DNA of 64,000 nt. Source: Planctomycetota bacterium. Lineage in GTDB: Bacteria; Planctomycetota; UBA1135; UBA2386. Below are positions 9,374-17,024 of the stretch, piece after piece. The stretch lies in the NCBI GenBank assembly GCA_947501605.1, contig CANMWZ010000001.1, positions 192,001-256,000 on the forward strand, written 5' to 3'. The notes under the pieces are model-generated. The model was not told the origin of the DNA. It worked only from the letters and a program-made list of their open reading frames with translations, and made no database searches. The position numbers and the translations under genes were made by a program. How positions within the stretch are numbered: position 1 is the first letter of the stretch; each line of letters begins with the position of its first letter.

Positions 9374-10798
9374 TCACAGGGTCCTGATCAGCGTCAGGCC
9401 ACGGAACACGAACCAGACCTGCTCCTCTTCGACGCGGCGCAGCATCAACTCATCGCTGATGTACTCACCTTCCTCGAAGACGTTGCCATTGAGCAGCACG
9501 CCCGAACGCCCACCCTCGTGGTTGACGACGACGCCCTGGATCTTGAGGTCCAGCGCGCTGAAGTCGATCGCCGTCTGCACCCGGACCTGCAGGACCTTGG
9601 CAGCAACTGCCAACGAGTACCGCGGATCCGACTCGGGCACCAAAAGGCGCGGGGAGATCGCCTCGAATCGATCGCTCGCCGACTGCAGGTCACCCTCGGT
9701 GAGGAGCTGTGACATGCTGTCGACCAGTTGCTGCATCTCGTCGGCGGAGAGGTAGGGGTCACGCATTTCGCGCTCGCTCTTCCCACCGCGCGTGCTCTTC
9801 ATGTCCGCAAGCGGCTCGACAACCTCATTGACCCAGCGCTGGCGCAAGGTCGGCGAGGTGATCTGCTGCTTCTGGGTCACTTCCTGCACAGCTTCTTCGA
9901 GCTTGGTCAGACCTTCCTTCAGTTCGCGCTCGAACGTGAACTGATCGAAGATCGTGAGGTCAGGCTTCGCCAGCTTGAGATTGACCGCGCGCAGGCGCTG
10001 AACCTCGCCGAGATAGCGCTCGAGGATCGCACGCTGCTCTTCGATCGGCGCACCCTCCGCCTGACCTTCGCGCTCGCGTGGATCGACGAAGATGTCGCGA
10101 CGACCGCGGCTGCCGCGATGCTCGTAGCGATCGAGACGAATCGGCTGCATGCGCTTGACGATCTCTTCGCGCAGCAGGTCCTTCTTGTCGTTGTAGTCCG
10201 GGATGGTGACGTCCTGACCCGTGCTAGCCGGGTTGTAGGTGTACGTCTCCATCGTCAGTTTGATCGAGTGCACGACATCGCCGTCCCGAGTCTCGGACTC
10301 ACGCGCCGTCACCGGAGTGATCGCGAAGTCCGTGATCGAAACCAAGCGCTCGTAGTTCTCGATGCTGTTGATGAACTTCATGAACTGCCAGAGCGTGGCA
10401 GTCAGTTCGTACTGGTACTCGATGCGCTCGAAGCGTTCGACCACCTTGCCGTCCTTGCGGGCGGGGCGACTCGGTTGGAAGTTGATCGTCTGGATGCCCG
10501 AGCTGCGCTCGAACTGGTTGAGCATCTTGACGAAGTCCTCGAGGCCCTGGTCCTCGGGCAGGATCTTCACGTACTCACCCAAGTTCTCGCGCAAGATCAC
10601 TACTTCCTTCTCGGTCGAAGGGACCTTGGCGATCTTCGCCTCGGCTGCAGCGATCTCGGTTCGCTTCTGTTCGATGGTCTGTTCGAGTTCTTCGATCAGG
10701 CCACTCGCCCAAACCACTCCAGCACCGGCGATCAGGCAAATGCCGAGGGCGGCACCGCCGACAGCGAGCATCTTTTGCTTCTCAGTCAATTTGGCCAC
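9374..10798 (-). CDS. pilO: PilO-like protein with long C-terminal extension (candidate PilO-PilP fusion)
   Basis: TM plus coiled coil plus ILP..GL..F and FMKFINSIENYERLVSITDF (PilO-like). Extension has RRDIFVDP and a beta domain LKIQGVV..GVLLNGNVFEEGE. Confidence 0.7.
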   Translation of the reverse strand: MAKLTEKQKMLAVGGAALGICLIAGAGVVWASGLIEELEQTIEQKRTEIAAAEAKIAKVPSTEKEVVILRENLGEYVKILPEDQGLEDFVKMLNQFERSSGIQTINFQPSRPARKDGKVVERFERIEYQYELTATLWQFMKFINSIENYERLVSITDFAITPVTARESETRDGDVVHSIKLTMETYTYNPASTGQDVTIPDYNDKKDLLREEIVKRMQPIRLDRYEHRGSRGRRDIFVDPREREGQAEGAPIEEQRAILERYLGEVQRLRAVNLKLAKPDLTIFDQFTFERELKEGLTKLEEAVQEVTQKQQITSPTLRQRWVNEVVEPLADMKSTRGGKSEREMRDPYLSADEMQQLVDSMSQLLTEGDLQSASDRFEAISPRLLVPESDPRYSLAVAAKVLQVRVQTAIDFSALDLKIQGVVVNHEGGRSGVLLNGNVFEEGEYISDELMLRRVEEEQVWFVFRGLTLIRTL

Positions 10799-10810
10799 GG
10801 GTCACCTCCG

Positions 10811-11461
10811 TCACTTCGGGGTTTTGGGGGCGGGCTTCTTCTTCGGGGCTTCCGCGACCATGGGTTTGAGCTGCATCTGCAGCTGGTACACGAACGAGTC
10901 GCCCGGCACGCGGTCCTTGTCGAAAGCGTACTTGCCGCCAGGAGCGGTCTTCGAGGCAACGTCCGCGAAGAACGGGGCGCGCTGGATGTCCTCGTGCAGA
11001 TTGGCGACCTTCGCCATTTCGGTTCCTACGACGGCGCCAGGCAGCGTGATCGTTGCCGCGCGGTTCTTCTTGTCGGTCTTGACCGTCAAGCTGCTGAACC
11101 ACGCAAGATGGCGTTCGCTCTCGCCGCTGCTGTTCACGACGTCCACCATCTCATCCATGAACTTCGACCACGCGCGACGCGACTTGCCGATGTCCTGAAT
11201 GGTCTGGACGCGCGCCGAGTAGTCTTGGCGGTTGACCTCGAGCTTGTCGTAGTAGGCGCCCTTGACTGACTTCTGCGCCAGCTCTTCTGAGATCGCGACG
11301 TCGGTGCGCTCAAGCTGACCGAGCTCGCCGAAGTAGACGATGCCGAACCAGCCGATGCTGGCCGCGACGGCAAGGGCAGAACCGAAGGCCGTTGCCAGCA
11401 CCTTCGGCGGGATGCGATTGCCGCGCCGGTAGTCGGCGGGCAGCAGGTTGATGCGAATCAT
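10811..11461 (-). CDS. pilN: Type IV pilus assembly protein PilN
   Basis: MIRINLLP PilM-binding motif, TM, coiled coil; follows pilM. Confidence 0.88.
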   Translation of the reverse strand: MIRINLLPADYRRGNRIPPKVLATAFGSALAVAASIGWFGIVYFGELGQLERTDVAISEELAQKSVKGAYYDKLEVNRQDYSARVQTIQDIGKSRRAWSKFMDEMVDVVNSSGESERHLAWFSSLTVKTDKKNRAATITLPGAVVGTEMAKVANLHEDIQRAPFFADVASKTAPGGKYAFDKDRVPGDSFVYQLQMQLKPMVAEAPKKKPAPKTPK

Positions 11462-11480
11462 TGTCTTGGTTCCTCCCGGA

Positions 11481-12503
11481 TCAGGCGCCGGCCGCAAGGC
11501 CGACTGCGACCGCGAGCTGGGGCGCAAACTGGTTGAGTGCTTCGACGTCGACGTTGTCCGACCGGACCTTCAGGCCCTCGATCGGGTTCCAGACGCGGGT
11601 GCGTTTCTCGAAGATCTTCTCGAGGCCTTCCTCGAGGAACGGCAGCAACACCGCGCCACCCGTCAGCAGCACTTCCTGAACCTCACCGTCGTTCTGGTTC
11701 TCGAAGAAGTCGAAGGACAGGTTGATCTCGTTGCCCAGGTCCTCAAGCACCTGTGCGACAGCCTCCTGAACGACGGACATCTGCTCGCCGGGATCCCGCT
11801 TCAGCGCCTCAGCCGCCGCCGTCTCGATGCCGACGCGACGCGTGATCGCCTGCGTCAGGTCATCGCCACCCATCGGAACCTCTCGTGCGAAGCACGAGAT
11901 GTTGTTCCGCAGGATGTTGATGCTCGCCTTGGTTGCTCCGATGTCGATCAGCGCCACCGTGCGGCCACCTTCTCGAACGCCGGGGTTGACGACATCCGAC
12001 AGCTCGTAGGCATTGCCGAGTGCGAAGCCATCGATGCCGACGCTGACGGGTTGCAGACCGATCTCGGTCAGCATCCGTGCATGGTCGTCGAGCACCGTGC
12101 GCTTGGCGGCGGTCAGAAGCACCTTCGCTTCGGACTTACCGCCTTCGCCGGTCGTGGAGGACAGCTTTTGTGCGTCCATCTCGACTTCGCTGACATCGAA
12201 CGGGATGTACTTGTCCGCTTCGAACCGCACGGCCTGCTGCAGGCGATCGTCCGGCACATCCACCATGGTGATGTAGCGAAAGATCACGCTCTTGCCGCTA
12301 ACCGCCGTGGCGACTCGCTTGGTGCGGAATCGACCAGCGCGGAACAGCTCCGCTACGGCCTCGTTCCGCCCTTGCTCGTCAGGGACCTCGATCTGGGCAT
12401 AGCCCGTGATGACGAAGTCGTACTTGTCTTGGGTGATCTCGACGGCCTTGATGCAGCTCGTACCGATGTCGAGACCGACGATGCTCTTGCGCTGCTTCAG
12501 CAT
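11481..12503 (-). CDS. pilM: Type IV pilus assembly protein PilM
   Basis: VGLDIGTSCIKAVE, EADKYIPF, ALIDIGA..T, LTGGA, C-terminal AVAVGLA. Confidence 0.95.
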   Translation of the reverse strand: MLKQRKSIVGLDIGTSCIKAVEITQDKYDFVITGYAQIEVPDEQGRNEAVAELFRAGRFRTKRVATAVSGKSVIFRYITMVDVPDDRLQQAVRFEADKYIPFDVSEVEMDAQKLSSTTGEGGKSEAKVLLTAAKRTVLDDHARMLTEIGLQPVSVGIDGFALGNAYELSDVVNPGVREGGRTVALIDIGATKASINILRNNISCFAREVPMGGDDLTQAITRRVGIETAAAEALKRDPGEQMSVVQEAVAQVLEDLGNEINLSFDFFENQNDGEVQEVLLTGGAVLLPFLEEGLEKIFEKRTRVWNPIEGLKVRSDNVDVEALNQFAPQLAVAVGLAAGA

Positions 12504-12662
12504 TGCGTCCTGCGCTCCTTTGCGCGCTCCGTTGCGGGGTGGACCGATCCATGGCACCTATCGGCCAAGAGCCCGTCGCGTATTGAGCCGCGTTCGATTC
12601 GCCGAGCGGCGGCCCTCCCCGGAACCGCGGGATCGACGCCCTCCTGCACCACCCGGAACGAC

Positions 12663-12728
12663 CCCTCAGTTGGGCCTAGGCTTGCCCTCAGTTTTGCCAA
12701 GGCTTGCCCGCAGCTGTGCCAAGGCCTG
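12663..12728. repeat. Three imperfect 22-bp direct repeats upstream of pilM
   Basis: CCCTCAGTTGGGCCTAGGCTTG / CCCTCAGTTTTGCCAAGGCTTG / CCCGCAGCTGTGCCAAGGCCTG. Confidence 0.85.
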
Positions 12729-12859
12729 AAGGGAGCCCAACTTCCGCAACGACCGCTGGTAGCGCACCGGCTTCCGTGACGCCCAAGTCCATCGCCGCAT
12801 CGACTCGAGATTTCCCAGGCTGGGACTTCTCGGCCAGCGCCGGGAATGCGACCGAGTTC

Positions 12860-13150
12860 CTACTCTTCGCCGAAGCCGGCTTCGACCAACTCGACGAGCG
12901 CCCGCACCTGCTGATCGGCGTCGGGTCCCTCGGCGTGCAGTTCCAGCATCGCGCCGCGCTCGGCGGCGAGCATCATCATCCCCATGATCGACTTCCCATC
13001 GACCTGTTCGTCTTCACCCTGACGGCGAACATGGATGCGGCTGGCGTAAGCATTGGCCGTCTGGACAAACAGGTGCGCCGGTCGAGCATGCAGCCCGTCG
13101 CGGTTGCGCAGCGCAACCTGCACCTTGCAGATCTTCTCAGCGTCAGCCAT
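12860..13150 (-). CDS. ptsH: HPr/NPr family phosphocarrier
   Basis: GLHARPA (His15) and DGKSIMGMMML (Ser46) motifs. Confidence 0.93.
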   Translation of the reverse strand: MADAEKICKVQVALRNRDGLHARPAHLFVQTANAYASRIHVRRQGEDEQVDGKSIMGMMMLAAERGAMLELHAEGPDADQQVRALVELVEAGFGEE

Positions 13151-13157
13151 GCGAGCC

Positions 13158-13622
13158 CTACTTCTTTGGCGACAACTCGCGGAGCAGTTCCCGCATCTGG
13201 TCGACACCGCGGGCGTCAGTCAGGAAGCGGCGGAAGTCGGGGTTGCGTGCGAGCGTTGAGATCCACCGCAGGCACTGCAGATGGGACTCCGGGTCACCCG
13301 CTGGGGAGACCACCAGAAACATTATCGAAACCGGGCGGCCGTCGATCGCCTGCCACTCGATCGGCACGGTGGCACGAGCCAACACCATCGATGGAGCGAC
13401 GATGTCCTCGTGCTTCAAGTGCGGGACCGCGACGCCATTGCCAAGCCCGGTGCTCCCGATCGCTTCCCGATCGAGGAGCTTCTTCCCGAGAACAGCCACC
13501 AATTTCTTGGCAACCACGCCTTCGGCCTGGGCGGCGCCGAGCAACTCCTTGAGTGCGGCGTCCTTGGTCTTGGCCTTCACCTCCGCCAGGATGGTGGCGG
13601 ACGTTACCAGCGTGTCGATCAT
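13158..13622 (-). CDS. ptsN: PTS EIIA (Ntr/Fru-type)
   Basis: REAIGSTGLGNGVAVPH, IEWQAIDGRPV, HLQCL; rpoN-cluster context. Confidence 0.88.
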   Translation of the reverse strand: MIDTLVTSATILAEVKAKTKDAALKELLGAAQAEGVVAKKLVAVLGKKLLDREAIGSTGLGNGVAVPHLKHEDIVAPSMVLARATVPIEWQAIDGRPVSIMFLVVSPAGDPESHLQCLRWISTLARNPDFRRFLTDARGVDQMRELLRELSPKK

Positions 13623-13720
13623 GTTCAGGTAGGCTGCGGGCAGGGGCGGCCGGTGGCGCCGACGAATGTCGGCGCGTTGGGCCTCGGGGTCCCGGTGGCC
13701 CGGCCACCGGGCCTAGGGTC

Positions 13721-14140
13721 TTACCCCCGCAGAGTCTTGCGGACAACTTCCTCGTAGGTCTCCTCTGCGGCAGCCTTCTTCTTGGCCTTAGCCTTCTCCG
13801 GCTTTGCGGAGCCTTCTTTGCCTCCAGGGATCTTGTGGTCCTTCAAGATCTCCTTCGCCTTTTTCAGCTGCTTCTCCATCTTGGCGACGAGCAAATCGAT
13901 GGTGGCGGCAAAGGTCTTGCCCTGGTCCTTCGCGATCAGAGGCTTGCCCCGGCGCATGTGCACGATCAGCTCCACTTCGGGCGATTCGTGGGCATGGTCG
14001 GCCACCACTTCGATGCGCGCAATGCGGTCATTGTAGCGCCCTAGCTTGTCCAGCTTCTTGGCAGCATGCTCCTGCATGCGCTCGGAGATGTGGTCGTGGC
14101 GGCCCTTGAACTCGATCGTCACTTCGTCATCGTTGGTCAT
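13721..14140 (-). CDS. hpf: Ribosome hibernation factor HPF/RaiA
   Basis: KGRH..ISERMQEHAAKKLDKL..FAATIDLLVAKMEKQLKK; AGGAG before ATG 14140. Confidence 0.9.
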   Translation of the reverse strand: MTNDDEVTIEFKGRHDHISERMQEHAAKKLDKLGRYNDRIARIEVVADHAHESPEVELIVHMRRGKPLIAKDQGKTFAATIDLLVAKMEKQLKKAKEILKDHKIPGGKEGSAKPEKAKAKKKAAAEETYEEVVRKTLRG

Positions 14141-14168
14141 CAGTACTCCTGCGGCTGTGCCGCGAGAC

Positions 14169-14978
14169 CTAGGAAAGAGGGTCACCGGGCACCGTGCAAG
14201 CAGCCGCTTTCACGAGTGGATCCGGATACAGAACGGAAAGCAGATACAGCCCGCACGCGGGCGCGGTCGGGCCCGCCTCGCGCCGATCCCGGCGCCGCAA
14301 GATCTCGCCAAACTGGTCGACGGATCGTCGGCCCGAACCGACGTCGATCAGGGTGCCGGCGATGGTGCGCACCATGTTGTAGAGAAAGCCATCGCCTTGC
14401 ACGGCGAGATCGAAACCCCAGCTCCGCTGCACGATCTGCACATGCCTCAGCGTGCGGACGGTACCGCGCTTCCGCTCGTAGCCAGGGTTGGTGGCGAACG
14501 AAGCAAAGTCGTGGCGGCCGATCAGCAAGCGACCAGCGCGCCGCATCGCCTGTAGATCGAGAGGGCGCCTGACCCAGTGGTAGTAACCGCGCCCCACGGC
14601 TGGCCGCACCTTGCTGGTCACGCAGCGATACACATAGCGCTTGCCGATCGCGCAGAAGCGGGCATGGAAACCCTCCGGTGCGGGGCGCACCGAGCGCACA
14701 GAGATGTCGTCCGGAAGGTTGCCGTTCAACGCCGGTACGAGCTTCGGCAACAGAAAGGGCTTTGGCAGGACAACGTGCGCCGCTTGTCCGAAGGCATGCA
14801 CACCAGCATCGGTGCGGCCAGAACCTTCGACGGGCACGCGAGTGCCGAAGATGGTTGTGAGAGCTCGCTCCAAGGCCTCCTGCACGGTGCTCTCGCCGAG
14901 TTGGCGTTGCCAACCCGCGTAGTGCGTCCCGTCGTAGGCGATCGTCAGCAGGCACGTGGACACGTAGGCAGACAACAT
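14169..14978 (-). CDS. truA: tRNA pseudouridine(38-40) synthase
   Basis: IAYDGTHYAGWQRQ, GSGRTDAGVHA, FHARF, GFLYNMVR, GPTAPACGL; start is 14978 or GTG 14963. Confidence 0.96.
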   Translation of the reverse strand: MLSAYVSTCLLTIAYDGTHYAGWQRQLGESTVQEALERALTTIFGTRVPVEGSGRTDAGVHAFGQAAHVVLPKPFLLPKLVPALNGNLPDDISVRSVRPAPEGFHARFCAIGKRYVYRCVTSKVRPAVGRGYYHWVRRPLDLQAMRRAGRLLIGRHDFASFATNPGYERKRGTVRTLRHVQIVQRSWGFDLAVQGDGFLYNMVRTIAGTLIDVGSGRRSVDQFGEILRRRDRREAGPTAPACGLYLLSVLYPDPLVKAAACTVPGDPLS

Positions 14979-15001
14979 AGCCCGCAGAGCAAGCGGAAAC
15001 C

Positions 15002-15544
15002 TCAGCGACGGAGGGCGCACCAGCTCATTGCTGCGAGGCCCAAACCAAACGCTGCAGCGAGACCGGCCATTACCGGGTTCTGCTGCCCGAGCCACAGCCA
15101 GCCGGCGAGACTCTCGACCACGAGCAGCACTACGAATGGTGCCGCGGCCGTGAGCGCCCCGCTTTGCTGCGGCGATCCAAGGCCGATCGTCTGGGCCTCT
15201 CGCGTCGAGGCGGCGACCACCACCGCCTTCTGGCGCGTCCCCCTGTCACTGGTCTTCCCCGCTGACGAAGCAGGCGTGGTCGAGGCCACCGCGTCTCCCT
15301 TCATCCCCGGCACTGTCGGTGGGGCCGGATCCACGAGCTCAGGTCCCATGGCCAGGGCGGTCACGAAGTTCGAAGTCGAGGTCTCGGAAAACTGCTCGGG
15401 CGCGGCCCAGTTGCCACTGCCACCGCTAGCCACCGAAGACGCCGCCTTCTCGTCAAACAGGAGGTCCTCGGCGGACTCCTTTGCCTTGTTGGCACCGCCA
15501 AGACTGACTTGGCCGTAGCTGAGTGGGTCGTAGCCCTTGTTCAT
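15002..15544 (-). CDS. Hypothetical membrane protein (two C-terminal TMs), coupled to rpoN
   Basis: ATGA overlap with the rpoN stop. Low-complexity N-terminus, two hydrophobic C-terminal helices. Confidence 0.7.
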   Translation of the reverse strand: MNKGYDPLSYGQVSLGGANKAKESAEDLLFDEKAASSVASGGSGNWAAPEQFSETSTSNFVTALAMGPELVDPAPPTVPGMKGDAVASTTPASSAGKTSDRGTRQKAVVVAASTREAQTIGLGSPQQSGALTAAAPFVVLLVVESLAGWLWLGQQNPVMAGLAAAFGLGLAAMSWCALRR

Positions 15545-16917
15545 GTCGTCCTCTCTCCGTGCTGCCGACGCCGATAGCTCGACGGGATGTCCAACTCGTC
15601 GCGTAGCTTCGCTACGGTCCGACGGGCAACCTGAATACCCTCCTCGGCGAGCTTCTCGACCAGAGCATCGTCCGACCACGGCTTGGACTTGTCCTCGGCT
15701 TCGAGGAGCCCTTGCAAACGCTCGGCCACCGCACCGCGAGCGTGACCAGCTGCAGCGATACCATCAGCACTGCCGCTGCTGCAGAAATCGCGCAGCAACA
15801 TCGTGCCCATCGTGGTCGCCACATACTTGCCCGCAATCGCGCGGCTGATCGTCGACGGGTGCATGGCGAGTTCCGCAGCGATGTCCATCATCCGCAGCGG
15901 CCGCAACGCAACGCGCCCTCGCACGAGGAAGTCGCGCTGGTGCTCAAACACGACTTGCACGACGCGCAACAGAGTCGACTGACGGTGCGCAATCGCTTCC
16001 ATCAGCTCCTTGGCAGCTCGAACGCGTGAACGCAGGTGCTCGCGCACGGCGACGTCCACGGAACGGTCGCTCGCCATGCTCGCGTAGAGTTCATTGACCG
16101 CAAGCTGCGGCACACCATCCTCGGCAAGAGCCACCTGGATCGCACCGTCGAACAGCCATACGGCGACATCTGCCGCGATCGAAGGCTCGGCCTCCGAGCG
16201 CAGTGAGTCCGCAGGTGCCGGCGAAAGTTCGCGCATGCGCTCGATCAAGGCCGCAAGTTCAGCGACTTCGAGCCGCACAGCGCGAGCGACCTCGGGCCAC
16301 TTGTTTGCAGCGAGTGCTTCGAGGTGCCGGGTGAGCAACTGCTCGATGACGGCGTAGTCAGGGTCGCCCTTCGCTTGCAGCAGCATCGCTTCGATGCCAG
16401 TCGAAGCACCCAGCCCCTTTGGCTCCATGGACTGCAACTCGACGAGCGCTCGCTGTAGCAGCGACAACTGCAGGCACGCGGATTCCGCCACCACATCGAG
16501 TGGATACGCGAGCAGCCCGCGTTCATCGAGGTGCTCGCACAGCGTCCCGATCGCTTCCGTCATCTCCCCAGGAAGACCGCGCAGCGATGCCTGCAAACGG
16601 ACGGATGACAGTAGCTCGTCCGCGGGGGCGGGGTGGTTCTCGAGCAACGCGCGTCGACCATCGACCTCATCGCTGGAAGCGCGCACTCCGGCGGCATCCC
16701 ACTCGGCGGCCGTCCGCATCGTCGAGTCGACGATCTCGGCGCTGAGCGCCGCCGTCTCAGCCGCCGGCGCGAGCTCCAGAACCTCGTTGGTCTCCATCTG
16801 CTGGGCAACCAGCTGCAGGAGATCCGTCGTTGCGAGCTGCAAGATCTCGATCGACTGCAGCATCTGCGGCAGCAATCGTTGTTCGAGTCGCTGAGAAGTC
16901 TTGGCTTGCAGTTGCAT
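15541..16917 (-). CDS. rpoN: RNA polymerase sigma-54 factor
   Basis: Q/L-rich region I (PQMLQSIEILQL), LDERG, LRPLRMMDIA..STISRA HTH, RpoN box ARRTVAKLR. Confidence 0.92.
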   Translation of the reverse strand: MQLQAKTSQRLEQRLLPQMLQSIEILQLATTDLLQLVAQQMETNEVLELAPAAETAALSAEIVDSTMRTAAEWDAAGVRASSDEVDGRRALLENHPAPADELLSSVRLQASLRGLPGEMTEAIGTLCEHLDERGLLAYPLDVVAESACLQLSLLQRALVELQSMEPKGLGASTGIEAMLLQAKGDPDYAVIEQLLTRHLEALAANKWPEVARAVRLEVAELAALIERMRELSPAPADSLRSEAEPSIAADVAVWLFDGAIQVALAEDGVPQLAVNELYASMASDRSVDVAVREHLRSRVRAAKELMEAIAHRQSTLLRVVQVVFEHQRDFLVRGRVALRPLRMMDIAAELAMHPSTISRAIAGKYVATTMGTMLLRDFCSSGSADGIAAAGHARGAVAERLQGLLEAEDKSKPWSDDALVEKLAEEGIQVARRTVAKLRDELDIPSSYRRRQHGERTT

Positions 16918-17024
16918 CGTACGAAGCGCGTTCGCGGACGGTTTCGTCACGAACCAGGGTGCGCTTGAGACGCACAGGCTCAGCGTTGGGCATGCCCCGT
17001 CCCGGGAAACTCCGCGCCCGAAAC

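Noticed and set aside
12685..12728. Canonical sigma54 promoter for pilM
   Set aside because: Spacing is GG-N11-GC rather than GG-N10-GC, and there is no TTGC element
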